64,000 bases of DNA from positions 36,704,001 through 36,768,000 of the forward strand of contig OX597826.1 of the NCBI GenBank assembly GCA_951406725.2, written 5' to 3'. This DNA comes from Octopus vulgaris. Taxonomy: Eukaryota. How positions within the stretch are numbered: the first letter of the stretch is position 1; each line of letters begins with the position of its first letter. A program made the position numbers and the translations under genes. Under the pieces are notes generated by a model. The model had not been told where the DNA came from, ran no database searches, and was given only the letters and a program-made list of their open reading frames with translations. This document shows, in pieces, positions 1 to 12,936 of the stretch.

Positions 1-118
1 ATGCTTTAATCTATCCAAGGCTTTAGTAGAAGGCATTTCTCTAACAGACGGTGTCATGGAACTAAAGTGGAAACCTTGTTGCTGGAAACAAAACCTCTTG
101 ACCCTGCAGCTACATCTG
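1..118 (-). mobile_element. Degenerate 5' part of SINE family B (tRNA-head SINE)
   Basis: Reverse complement resembles the head of the intact copy at 35271-35680; heavily diverged. Confidence 0.5.
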
Positions 119-214
119 TGGCAAAAAGTTTGCTTTGCAGCCCTGTCGTTTTGGTTTCTATCTGAGTGTATTGCGCCTACATTTCAATGGAAACATATTT
201 GGTTGTTAAACTGT

Positions 215-424
215 TTGTTGTTGGAAAAATGTGAGGATGGGTTTCAGGAAGAACATCTGGCCTTTGGAAATCTACCTCATCTCGTCTTGTGTATACAGTA
301 CAAACATGGAAAAGCAGATGTTAAGACAATATTGGTGATGATGATGATGATGAATATGATGATGATGATGATGATGAATATGATGATGATGATGATGATG
401 AATATGATGATGATGATGATGATA
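215..424 (+). mobile_element. Degenerate RTE-LINE 3' UTR end (family A) with expanded (GAT)n tail
   Basis: ...aaacatggaaaagcagatgttaagac followed by (ATG)n, which has a 24-bp sub-period ATGAATATGATG...; matches the 3' end of family A copies such as 15966-16311. Confidence 0.5.
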
Positions 425-1514
425 AGCATTCATAGTGTGTATATACATAAATATGAATTTAAATAATATATCTCTCTGTGTATATACATGTATAATATAT
501 GTACAAATAAAGTCTGTTGGGAGACATATATATGGAAATAGCAAACTGGATTTTTATTTTTTTAATTTTTTTTATTGTTTATGAATATTTAACAAGAATG
601 AACAAATAGTGGAAATTGTAATAAAGTGTACATCTCAAAATATACGGAGGAGAAGCTTTAACAGAAAATGTGTGTGTGAGAGAGAGAGAGTTGTCAGTGT
701 GTGCATGTGTGTGTGTGCGTTTGTATGTGTTCATGTGTGTGTAAGGAATGCATTTACTTATACATATATTTACATACACACATGTGTAGAGAAACACACA
801 TGTGCTCACAGTTTTGTATATACGTCTGTGCATTTTGTGGTGCATGTGTGTTTTTGTGCTTGTGCATGTGCGTGTGTGTGTGTGTGTGCATATTTGTGCC
901 TTGTGCCAAAATTCGGTAAGAATTATTATTATTATTATTATTATTATTATCTTCAACATTTTGTATTGATTTTTCCCTACTTGCCTGGGTGGAATGGACT
1001 ATTTTACTCGTGGATATCGTTTTCTACTGCTAACCTTTGATCCATCTACTATAAGTGGAATCTGTTTTTGTCATTCAATATATCTTCCTATATCCTTCTG
1101 TATTTATGGACTCGCAGCCTTCCACTTGATGGCTTTATATCCCATTGCCAACACTAGCTGAAATATTTTACTTTTATGTGATCGATTTTCCAATGCCACT
1201 GTACTCATGTCTGTACTTTATTTGTGTCAATGTACACATGTGTATATATATATATGTGTTTGTGCATGTATGAGGGTACGTTAATATGCATGTCCATCTG
1301 TGCGTATGTATATGGGAATGCACATGTGAAGTGACACTTCTTTATAAACCTGTTGAAAAGGTAACAATAACATATATTCGATACTTTAAAACTTGCTTGT
1401 AAATTTAAGCCTAAGTTGTCTCTGTGTCTTTTTTTCTTTTCTCTATAAAAGAAAACTTTATTTATAGAATGGGCAACAGACGTTATGTGACAACTCAGTC
1501 GTATTAGCTGATGC

Positions 1515-2080
1515 ATTATCCTGGTTTCCTGGTTCTTCCTTCAGATTCCACAGTATGCTATGAGAGCTGTTTCTAAAAATGGTATAAAGAGAATAAAATA
1601 TTTAGCATTATCATCCTGGGTTTCTGGTCTCTGTAACACCAGAACTGTTACTAGAAATGGCATTGTGATGATAAAATCTTTAGTAACAGCATCCTTGTTT
1701 CCTCTCCCTGTCTTTCTCTGCAGGCGGCACTGACGTTACCCAGAAAATTATAGGAAATAATGTAAGAGGGCAAAATCTTTAGTAACAGTTTTGAGGAAAC
1801 TGGTATTCTGGTCCTTTATTCTGGAGGTACTGTGTGCTATCAAAGCTGCCACAAGAAACGATATAGAGATGATTCAAGGATTATCAAAAAGAGTCTTGGG
1901 TTCCAGAACTTCATTTGTTGTGGTGTCATACGTTATCGGAAGTGCTGTTGTTAATGACACAGAGGACAACATTTTTACAACTTCCTTGGTTTCTGGCGCC
2001 AACTTCTAAAGGCAGTGTATATTAACAGAAATGTTACTAGATTTGGAACAGAGATGATAAAATCTTTACCGATGGTAGCA
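1515..2080. repeat. Old, degenerate tandem repeat of about 80-100 bp units
   Basis: Recurrent motifs atcc(t)(t)ggtttc(c)tgg at about 1518, 1613, 1691, 1983 and aaaat(a/c)ttta at about 1595, 1673, 1772, 2058. Confidence 0.6.
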
Positions 2081-2346
2081 CTTTTCTTCTGAGTAAAATA
2101 TGGAGAGAGATGGAGTTTACTGCTCTAAATAGTAAAAACTGTACAATTTATGTGTTGTAAGTCAGAGTTTATTATTGAACATCAAAGACATCAGTGCAGA
2201 AACTGCTTGCAGGTAAAACAAAATACTTGCAAAGGAAACATATAGAAAGGTAACTTCTGGAAAACCAAAGATTTATGTGATAAAGTTCAGATTCTCTATA
2301 ATCATATCTCAACAGCCAGTGACATCTTAATCTTGGAATAGTTATA

Positions 2347-2896
2347 CGAGGTTGTGTCAAAAAGAAATGCCATTTTGTTTAGGACAGGTATAATTACCAA
2401 CATAGGAACATGTATCATACATTAAAATGAAGCTGGTCCTCTGTGGATCACATTCCTACTTCTCGATATAGTCACTGTTTCTCTCAATAGCAATGTTCCA
2501 CCTTTGAATGACAGCATGTATCCCTGCCCCGTAAAAATTCTGTTGACTGTTCTCTGAGCCACTTCTTCACTACAGTTTTCACTTTCTTGTTACTGGACTC
2601 TCATCTCTTCAGCTCCATGAAAGAGGGTTTGAGAAGCAAACATTATTCCAGTGATGAAGAAGTGAAAAATGTAGTGAAGAAGTGGCTCAAAGAAAAGTCA
2701 ACAAAATTTTACGGGGCAAGGATACATGCTCTCATTTGAAGGTGGAACATTGCTATTGAGAGAAATGGTGACTATGTTGAGAAGTAGGGATGTAATCCAC
2801 AGAGGACCAGCTTCATTTTGATGTATGGTACATGTTCCTGTGTTGGTAACTATACATGTCCTAAACAAAATGGTATTACTTTTTGACACAACTTCG
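2347..2896. mobile_element. Fold-back mariner-derived non-autonomous element made of two inverted transposase 3' ends
   Basis: Arms about 2347-2588 and 2657-2896 are reverse complements; preceded by TA. The + strand 2597-2787 translates DSHLFSSMKEGLRSKHYSSDEEVKNVVKKWLKEKSTKFYGARIHALI*RWNIAIERNGDYVEK*, a mariner C-terminus. Confidence 0.9.
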
Positions 2897-3236
2897 CACA
2901 TGGAATAGTTCAGTAAAATATCAAATGCACACGTTAATGGTAGAATATTTTAAAATAAACAATAACCATGTTTTGAGGATTAGGGTATATATAAACCAAG
3001 GATTTCATGGTTTAATGGTGAAACTGGTTGTGACTAACTGAAATAAGGAAATAATGAATATTAACCAATTAAAATTATACATTTTAGCTACAAGAATATT
3101 AACAAAGGTGGGGAAAACAAACTCTATGTTGTCATTTATTAATATTAATTAAAAATAGAACATGGTCATTGTGGTGCAGAGTGAAATTAATTTTTCATAC
3201 ATATGGTAACAGCTATGGACATGTTTTGTTTTTAAA

Positions 3237-3430
3237 TCATCATCATCATCATTTAATATCCATCTTCCTTGCTGGCATGGATTGGGTGGTTTGACAAGAT
3301 CTGATGAGTCTGAAGGCTGCATCGTGCTCCAATATCTTCTTTGGTGTGGCTTCTATGGCTGGATGCCCTTTCTTATGACAATCCCTTCACAGGAAGTACT
3401 GGGTGTTTTTCTTTTCCCTATAGCACAAGC
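3237..3430 (-). mobile_element. RTE-LINE 3' UTR fragment (family A)
   Basis: (CAT)n then tttaatatccatcttccttgctggcatgg...ttctatggctggatgccctt, homologous to 39388-39540. Confidence 0.75.
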
Positions 3431-4104
3431 ACTTGAGTGGTTGCTATACAGCCTTCACAAATAGGATCCTCTTCAACTGAGTAGCAAAAGAGAGACATTT
3501 ATGCTACAGAATATAGGGTTCATGCTACAAAGGTGATACCTGGCCACTCATATTATAGATTAGAGGATAAAAGCAGCGAAGGTGAATCTGGAAAAAAATT
3601 GCAGGATTGTCTCCCTTGCTTTTCTTAAGCAGAATTGATCATTAACCTAATATTTTTCTCATTACTTTGATATAATTGAATTAATTAAAAATTTTTTGGT
3701 TCACCATATTATGTATGTCACCAATGACCCTGCTGCTTGGGCTTTTGTGTTCCTAGGTGCATTTCCTTAATCTATTTGTTGATTTCAAGAATTAATTAAC
3801 AAACAACTTTTCATTTATACTGATGCATACACAGAGGCAACAGGCATGCATACATGCAAGTTGGTAGGTAATTAGAGAGGAAGGCAGGTAGACTGAGTGG
3901 CTAGGTAGATAGGAAGATAGATAGGTAGGTTGTTTTATAGGTGGACAGGTAGGTAGGCAGGTAACTGTGCAGAAAGATAGATATGGTTTAAAATATGTGA
4001 CATGCTTTCAAGAAATAAATTAAGGTCATTATTCATTAAAAAATTAATTGTAGCTATTAAATTACTAGAACCTGAAGAAATTAAGTAAAAATTAATAATC
4101 CGCT

Positions 4105-4281
4105 AATATATATGTGTGTGTGTGTGTGTGTGTATACACATATGTACAAATATATACGCATATATATATATATATATATATCTATATATATATAAATACA
4201 CACACACACATAAATGAATATGCAAACACATAACTATGTATATATAAGCACATATATATGTATGTGTCTATCTATCTATCT

Positions 4282-4339
<58 letters not shown>

Positions 4340-4398
4340 GTACATATATATATATGTGTATGTATATGTATATGTATATTCATATGTATATACTTGCA

Positions 4399-4430
<32 letters not shown>

Positions 4431-4500
4431 TAGATATATACATATATACGCACACACGTGTGTGTGTGTCTGCCTGTATGTATATTTCTATTTCTATATT
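4105..4500. repeat. Compound (TA)n/(CA)n/(TG)n microsatellite
   Basis: Direct reading. Confidence 0.95.
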
Positions 4501-5419
4501 AATGCAGGGCTTAATATCTTGTGTCTATTGTAGCTTGATATATAATTAATGTTTGTTTATAGTTGCAGGAGGATTTTCCAGTTTAATATCCTAGAAAATT
4601 ACTTCATATAATGAGAAATTAACCTCGTTATGTACTCAGTCCTTTGTCTTAAGCATTTCCATTATATTCTCTCCCACTACCACTACTACAACCTCCCCCA
4701 CCCCACCACTGCCACCATCATTGCTGTTATTATTGCTACCACCACCACCACTTCTACCACTTCTTAAGTGTATTTACTTCTTTATCTAAATTCAAGCAAT
4801 ACTTCTAAAATGTTTCTAAGATCTGCATTATTTGGTTCCTGGATTATTTTATGATTTGTCTTCTTTGTTATTGTGAGTTTTTTGGGTTACTTTTGTTTCT
4901 TAATAATACATTTAACTAATTAAAGATCTTATTAGTATTCATTCGTTTTCTTATTTATTTTGAAAACTATTGGTACTTTAATTTTGTACTTTCTCTTCCA
5001 CCCCGCCATCTACTCATGTACTTTGATAGTAATTCTTTAAATGATATCACTTGCCACATGTTCCTGCAGGGAATTTAGTTACCATGGCAATTAGTCGTTT
5101 TATGCATTTTAAAATCAGTCAATTGTTTTCTTCACTGGATTCTTTTGATCTGCTAGACTCCATGACAATTAATTAAATTTGTTGATCTTTAAGAAATACA
5201 TAACCCAAGGCTAGTTAGCTAGCAATATTGCTTGGAATATAATAGCAGATAAATGCAAAACTAGAGAATTACGGGTATTTCTTAGGCTGCCTAAAGAAGT
5301 TGGAGTCTTCAGGCATTTTGGTTTTAATTACTAAGAAAGAACACAAATAAAATCAAAAAATATAATTATGTAATTTAAGGAGACTTGTAGAATATGAAAT
5401 AGCTTTAATGGTTATAAGC

Positions 5420-5545
5420 ACAGGCATGACTTTGTGGTTATGAATTTCTCTCCCTGAGTCACATCCTATGACACTGGAGGCAAGTGTCTTCTGCTATTGC
5501 ATCGGGGCCACCACAGCCTTTTATTTAATGGAAAGAAGCCTGTTT
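5420..5545 (+). mobile_element. SINE family B, partial 5' half
   Basis: acaggcatgactttgtggtta...gggcaagtgtcttctgctattgc similar to the 35271 copy. Confidence 0.65.
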
Positions 5546-5962
5546 TATACATGTGTGTGTGAGAGGATATAAATAATATAAATCTGGGTTTTTTCCCCAC
5601 AGAGACCATCAGGTCCATTCTTCACATGCAGAGGCAGAGAAGCCGATGGGTTTGCAAGCCATTGCTTAGCCTCACCATGGTTTAGTTTGTCTGTAGAAGT
5701 CGTAGCTTGGGGTATGGTCACTGTTGCATGCTGACAGCTTCGAAGAGCCATACGTGAGTGTCAGATGCGGACCAAAGTGGATGAACTATTCTGAAGAGTA
5801 CCCCTTTGCACTCCATTAAAGGTACTACACTACTTAGACACCCCAAGCACTTCATTTTATGTGTGTGTGTGTGTGCACATATATTTGAGTGTGTGCATGT
5901 GTGTGTATGTGTGCATATATAAGTATATATATGATACACACACACATGTACATATATATATT

Positions 5963-6970
5963 CCCAGGAAGAAGTAGAATAAAGTATTGAAGGCCAATTT
6001 CAAGATGCTGATCTTGATGGCGAAGATGACAAACAAAGAAAATATCTTGTGCTTTTCTGTGCTTGAGAAGACCCATCCACCACAACGGAAATGATATAAA
6101 ACCACCTTCCCACATGCAAAGCTCTGTCCCACCTCCATTCTCACTACCCATCAAGTTTTACCCCCACGTCTCATTCCTCTGACACTCATCCCTTGTCTTT
6201 GCCTTGCATTATTTGGCTAGCATCATCTCCTGAGACCAGAAGAGAAACATATTACATCCCCTCCTCCTTTTAATTATCCTCCTCTTTCTTCCCTCACACC
6301 AGAAACGCATCCATTCCTCATTATCTTCTTCCGGCTATGCCCTGTCCCCACTGTCCCTTCTGCTTTACCCAATCCTTAACAACCTCTTTTATCTGCTATC
6401 ACTACTAATGCCCTCACATCTCCCACCCCTGAGCCATTCCTATATCTCTCACCATCAATCACTACACTCACCTCAATCTCATCTCTCCTCACAGTCTAAT
6501 AACACTTTCCCTATATCCCCACTCTCCCCTCACCCACTCCAATCCTCTTTACCACTACACCTATATTAACCCCCCTGTACCTTGAAACTACACCCTGACA
6601 CATATTCATCACCTCTCTCTAACTCCCTCCATCTCTATCTCTCTTAGTCTTTCTTTTTCTCACTTCTTCTCCGACTGGGGGGTATCATTGTATATTTTCT
6701 ACAGCAAGACACCCATAACTTTTTCTCTCTTATTCTTTTGATCTCTCATGAAATTGCTCAGAGCCACCTCCCTCGAAACTACTCCACACCAACCAAGGGA
6801 ATTTTGTCATGCTAGTGACTTGGTGGCACCACTGGTGCTGGTGCCATAAAAAAAACACTCTGTTAAGTAGTTGGAATTAGGAAAGCCATCCAGCAGAAGA
6901 AATAATGCCAAAACAGACACCAGAAGTTGGTATGGCCCTCTGGCTTGCAAGCTCTTGTCAAACTCTCCGA
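5963..6970 (+). mobile_element. 5'-truncated RTE LINE: ORF2 C-terminus plus long pyrimidine-rich 3' UTR ending in family A sequence
   Basis: 5963-6094 translates PRKK*NKVLKANFKMLILMAKMTNKENILCFSVLEKTHPPQRK*, which aligns with PRKTWDEMVKHDLRTLGLTEAMRKDQDLWTYAVTAKTR of the 39.8 kb copy; family A motifs at 6825-6970. Confidence 0.7.
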
Positions 6971-7969
6971 CTCAATGTCTACTTTGGCATGATTTCTACA
7001 GCTGGATTTCCTTCTGAACACCAACTACTGAGGTTATTGAGTAGCCACGAGACAAGACCACTCAACTCTGGTATAGAAGGAGGTGAAATTATGAGAGAGC
7101 AACCGCCTGAACAAATGTGTTTTAATGAAGAGGTGAACTCATGGCTTTCCCAGCTGGTAAGACAGAGACAGAGAGAGAGAGATGTTGAGGGTGCACTGTG
7201 AAGGTATAAGGTGAATGTGAGAGAGAGAATAGGGATAGAGAAACAGATAGAGAACAGGGTGGAAAGGGAGGTAAGTGCTCTTGGGTGTGAAGTGAGTATG
7301 ACGGAAGATTAGAGATGAGGTTTGAGGTGGATGCAGTTGAGGGGAGGCAAAGTGGAGGAACTAAGAATGGAATAGGGAAGTAGAAGAAGAAGATAGTAAG
7401 GAACAGTGGTAGGAATACAATGTGAAGTGTTAAGGTGTTTGGAAATGGCATCATTTACAACACCTGAGTAAGTAGTACCATAATTTAAAAAATCGATGGA
7501 GAAATGGGTGATAGAAGACGAGTTGTGGGGAAAGGTCTGACAGGACTACATTTCTGCCAAGGTAGATGTGTCTTACATATAAGCAATTGTATGTTTATAA
7601 ATATGTATGCACACACACAAACATACACAAATATATATATATATACATACATTTGTATATGTATATATATATATTCACGCTCATAGACAAATTCAGAGAG
7701 AGAGAGAGAAAATGGAAGGGATGCAAAGGGATAAATGTAAATATATTATAATAAGACAACAGAGAGGAAACTAGAAAATATTGTTTGTTTTTAGTGAATG
7801 GATAAAGTAGTTGAAAACTGCATTTATCCTGTTTTTGAAGTGAAGACACCTATTATTTATTGACATCAGTACTTTGCAGGTGTGATTCTAGCAAGAATTC
7901 TTTAACAGCTTCTGGTAGGTTTTACAGCAGAGAATCAAAAATGATGTGAGTAGCAGAAAAATTTTATAT

Positions 7970-8193
7970 CTATACATACAGATCTAAATGTATACACACA
8001 CACACACGCACAAATATATATATATATATACATGTATATAGGCATACACACATAGACACACACACACTCACACATGCACACACACAAATATATATATATA
8101 CATGTTACGTATGTATGTATGTATGGATGTATGTATGTATGTATGTGTGCCTATTTATATACAGTGAAAGACAGAAAGAGCAATATATATATG

Positions 8194-8256
<63 letters not shown>

Positions 8257-8363
8257 ATGTACATACATATATGCATATATATATACATATATGTATATAT
8301 ATATATATACATAAATATGTATATATATATACATAAATATGTACATATATATGTGTATGTATG

Positions 8364-8446
<83 letters not shown>

Positions 8447-8520
8447 ACATACATATATACATATACATATATATATATATATGTGTGTGTGTATGTATAT
8501 ATATATATATATATATAAAT
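7970..8520. repeat. Long (TA)n/(CA)n/(TATG)n microsatellite
   Basis: Direct reading. Confidence 0.95.
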
Positions 8521-9270
8521 CAAAGAGTAAACAAAAATAACAGCCAGTATGAATGAAGGGCAATATTTTTTTTTCCCTTCTTCTTCAGAGAAAGAGAACC
8601 AAAATTCTTAATTAGTATCATACCAACAATTACTAACATCTTAAAAATAGTCATTTAGTTCTCATGGCCCTGTAGCTAAATAAGATCAAGAAGAAATTTA
8701 AAATAGCATATCTTGTTTTTAATTTACACTTTGCAAGACAAGCTATCCACGACATTCATGTTTGCTTTCACTTCAAAAGAACTGGAGAAAACAATAAGAC
8801 ACATTCTTTTTATTATCTTTGTTTTATTTAATTTGCTGTGTAGGTGGCATGGGTGGAAGGATGCTCTTGTTTTGCTTATTGTCTTGATTTTTTTTATTTG
8901 TATTCTTTTTTTTATATAAGGATTCATGATTTTAGTGATAAAAGCAAATATATATTTATAGTTCTCCTTAAGATAAAACAGAATATTTTAGTAACCTTTT
9001 CCAATTTTTTACCATCTATTATATCTTAATTACTGGTTAAAATGTTGCAAATAACCCTTTGTCTAGATGAGCAGATTGGTGATTCCTTTAGTTCTTTTGT
9101 ATTTTTGTAGTTTTCCTTCTTTTTCTCATTTTTATTATTTCTTTTTATCAAAGATTTGGTCCTAAGTTTGCATTTCCACATGAAATATCTTGCATTTCAT
9201 ACATATGTTTATACACACACACACACACACAAACACACAGATACATTTAGATATATGTACATATAAGTAT

Positions 9271-9362
<92 letters not shown>

Positions 9363-9371
9363 ATATGTATA

Positions 9372-9422
<51 letters not shown>

Positions 9423-9679
9423 TGATGTGACATAATATGTTATACATAAGATAACCAGATAACACTAACAACCATGTAATGAACTAACAAATCTCTTAAC
9501 GAATTAACAATCAATATTCCTTGTGAATTAACCAACCAACACCGTCCAACTTCACTGTGAACTAGCAATATACATATACATACACACTCCAAACTCTGAA
9601 TTCACTTGGACCGTTACTATTTATACTTCACTCAGACCAGTCTGTCTCTCGCAAGGGCGTCATAACTCTCATCACAACA
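9423..9679 (-). mobile_element. 3' LTR of the Ty3/Gypsy element
   Basis: On the minus strand the polypurine tract AAAAGGGGAGG (9690-9680) is immediately followed by TGTTGTGAT (9679); the other end, TGATGTGAC at 9423 on +, is an imperfect terminal inverted repeat; abuts (TA)n. Confidence 0.7.
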
Positions 9680-10039
9680 CCTCCCCTTTTGAGAGTTCGA
9701 CTACTGTGAGAAAGTAGAATTTCTTTCATTTTTATTTTTTCTTCTTTCCAGCACCTCTCCCTCTTTTGTTTTTGCTTTGTTGTTGTATCTTAATTGTTGC
9801 CCGACTTTTAGGTAGTATTATTCTTTGCACACAGCACTTTTTCTTTTTCGTTGTACTCAGCACATTCTTGTTCTTTTTTGAAAATTTAATATCATTTTCG
9901 CTTATGTATTACTTCCAGATATTCAGTCTCTCATCATTTTCTGAACCTAGTTCTACGGAGTTCAATATCTCTCGGTGCTGGCACTTCAAACATATCATCG
10001 AAGACTTCCATTGGTATCACTCTTCGTTCTTCTGAATGT

Positions 10040-10799
10040 CTCATCTTTAACTGGTTAAGGTGTCTCTCATGTTCCGAACGTTGTCCTTTAATTAAATACA
10101 TCATGTTACCTAATCTTTTGATTACACAGCCACCCTCCCAACTTTCTTTACCATTTTTGTAATTTTAAAAATGAACTTTATTTCCTACTTTGAAATGTTT
10201 TGTAACATTTCTTGTATTTCCTTCAAATGTATTTTTTCTTTTTCCTTTATATGTATTTTTCCTGGCAATAATTTATCGAAGATCGATTTCATTTTACGCG
10301 CGAACATTAACTCTGCTGGTGACATTCCTGAATTAGCATTTTGATTTGGCGTTATTCTATATACTAACAAAAATTTCGTTGGTGCCTCGTCATTATCTAG
10401 CTTGTTCCTAGCTTTTCTTAAAGCTCTTTTGAATGTGTTGAGAAATCTTCCCACCTGACCATTTGACCTCGGGTGGTCGGGCGGGGTATAGATGTGCTTT
10501 ATGGCATGTATTTTGCAGAAATTTCCTAATTCATGTCCCGTGAATTGTGTTCCATTGCCTGAAGCTACCGTGTCTGGAACACTGTATCGAGCAAATAACT
10601 CGAGTAGGAACTTTATTGTTGTCTTTGCGGTGGTTTTATTACATCTGCATACTTCTGGCCACTTTGTATAGCTATCCACAAGGATTAGATAGTATGCGCC
10701 GTTCACTGGTCCAGCGTAGTCGACGATATACACCCTGGACCATGGGCTCTCAGTCTTTGTATTTATACCTAGTTTGTCCGCGAGTACTTGTGGAAACAA
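10040..10799 (-). pseudogene. Ty3/Gypsy integrase core (rve) and C-terminal domain, degenerate
   Basis: PWSRVYIVDYAGP...YYLILVDSYTKWPEV...SGNGTQFTG...TPPDHPRSNGQVGRF...YRITPN...GMSPAELMFARK; second catalytic D and the E are mutated (SGNG, QVGR); WEGGCVIKRLGNMMYLI follows after a frameshift. Confidence 0.92.
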
Positions 10800-11489
10800 T
10801 TTTTAAAATTTTCTCTTTAACTCTTCAGACGAATTATTTTTAGAGGAACAATCATTTACGTTTTTACGATAGAGATTTATGGTGAGGTCACATAAATCGA
10901 ATAATGCTAACCAATCGGTACACAACAGATCGGTTGCATTTTTAACAACGAAGACTTTCGCCTTGTATGTTTTCCCTCGAAATCTGACATTAGTCTACAT
11001 TTCCCCTATGAAATGTAATTTGTCACCCCGTCATGTTATGAGCAGATTTCACTGTTTTTCTCAGCATAGGCTTCCCTATTTTCTTCTATGTGTCCATATT
11101 TATTATTGAAGTATCACTTTCAGTATCCAGTCGAAGTTTAATATGTATTCCATTTAATTTTACATGTACCAATTTTCTTATTTGCGAGTCAATTTTCGGC
11201 CTCTGCTGAGAGCACTCTAGGATTTTTAACGGTTGGCCTTCATAATTTTGTTCTGCACTGTGAACATTTGTGACCAATTCTTTTGCGGCTGTAATATTTT
11301 TGGTTTTGAAATGAACTGTCTTTCCTGAAATTTATGCTCCCTACATAAAATGGATTAGGATGTGGCGCTCTTTTTTGGTTGTACCTTTCCGGTCGGCATA
11401 TCTGTATGTTTGAGGAATTCTTTTCTGAATTTTTTCTTCATCGTGTTTCAGGTTTACCATCCATTGGCATTCTTCTGCTACAGACTGCA
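10800..11489 (-). pseudogene. Ty3/Gypsy gag C-terminus and aspartic protease remnant
   Basis: LQSVAEECQWMVNLKHDEEKIQK (gag-like, about 11489-11420); VKLNGIHIKLRLDTESDTSII (LDTG/SD protease motif); KAKVFVVKNATDLLCTDWLALFDL (protease C-terminus). Confidence 0.8.
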
Positions 11490-11720
11490 AGACACTTTAT
11501 TTCACGTTGCTCCAGTCCACTCAGCTGGCAAAATTGAGTAGAACCTTTATTTCGTAGGGCCTGCCTTGTCACACTCTGTGTCACGCTGAATCTCCCTGAG
11601 AACTACGTTAAGGATACACGTGTCTGTGGAGTGCTCAGCCACTTGCACGTTAATTTCACGAGCAAGCTGTTCCGTTGATCGTATCAGCTGGACCCTCGTC
11701 GTCGTAACCGACAGAGTGAT
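11487..11720 (+). mobile_element. SINE family D, 5'-truncated, abutting the Gypsy gag remnant
   Basis: gcaagacactttatttcacgttgctccagtccactcagc...gtgtctgtggagtgctcagcc...gtcgtaaccgac, homologous to 42463-42775 and 45053-45375. Confidence 0.85.
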
Positions 11721-11723
11721 CCT

Positions 11724-12143
<420 letters not shown>

Positions 12144-12355
12144 AAAAATAACAACAAAAGAATGAGATCTCGATATTACAGAAATAGGGGACTATTTATA
12201 TATGTTATCATTTAGAACTAGCTGTTTGTTCTAAATTATAACACACATATCGTAAATCTCAAACAACGAAGAACAAATACACGGAAAACAAAACAACATG
12301 AGGACGTGGTACATGCAAAATATTATCAGACGCTTAGGGAATGAAAGAAAGGCGG

Positions 12356-12388
12356 TTTTACGTTTCGAGCAAAGCTCTTCTTCAGAAA
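12356..12388 (-). ncRNA. Minimal type I hammerhead ribozyme motif in a Penelope-type terminal repeat
   Basis: Minus strand reads UUU-CUGAAGA-A-GAGC(UUU)GCUC-GAAAC-GUA-AAA: intact core, 4-bp helix II, palindromic ACGU helix III, 3-bp helix I; flank resembles the repeat after the GIY-YIG fragment at 56.8 kb. Confidence 0.7.
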
Positions 12389-12489
12389 TAGGAGACAGAG
12401 GTACTATACATCACTGTTCTATTATATAGTTCTGTAATTGCTATATATTCCAACATGATAGGTAGTAGTACTTACTATATATTCATGTG

Positions 12490-12850
12490 GAATGGAATTC
12501 CAACAGCGTTTCATGGTTTGCTACCTCACAGCTCCTTTATAAGATCCAGTGGGTAAAGGCATCATCAGGAGGAACCATGTCCGGTTTCGACCCCTACTCC
12601 TCTACCGTTTTGGCGGTGTCTTCAGTTCTGGTGTTGAGTGCATTTCTTCTTCCTCCTTCTTTGTTCTGTTCTTTGAGCTCTTCGATGCAGCGTCAACGAG
12701 TGTCAGCGGACGACTGACCATCCTGCCCAATTCCCCTTTAAATACTCGCTGGTAGGCTCCATCAGTCAGCACCACCTAGTTGTCACGTGACACTGTCTAA
12801 CTGCAACTGACCAATGGAGAGGAAGGGTGCGTAATCTTAATACAGTAACA
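12490..12850 (-). mobile_element. Penelope-like pseudo-LTR with promoter-like motifs and two degenerate hammerhead cores
   Basis: CCAAT at 12811, palindrome TGTCACGTGACA at 12781-12792, minus-strand TATTTAAA at 12744-12737, then CTGAAGA...GTCGAAACCGG and CTGATGA...GAAACGCTGTT. Confidence 0.5.
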
Positions 12851-12898
12851 TTTGTAGAAAACATTGACTGATGCTAGGGAATAAATAGAATGCTATAC

Positions 12899-12936
12899 TT
12901 CTACTGATGAAGCCGCATAAACAGAAACGTTTACAG
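12899..12936 (+). ncRNA. Degenerate minimal hammerhead motif
   Basis: ttcta-CTGATGA-A-GCCGCATAAACA-GAAAC-GTT-tacag; helix I partly paired, AACGTT palindrome, helix II broken. Confidence 0.45.

Noticed and set aside
8074-8563. Long Tyr/Ile/His/Thr- or Cys/Val-rich ORFs here and at 11.6-12.2, 14.4-15.1, 41.1-41.6, 45.1-45.8 and 58.3-58.9 kb
   Set aside because: Translations of (TA)n/(CA)n/(CATA)n microsatellites, which lack stops in several frames
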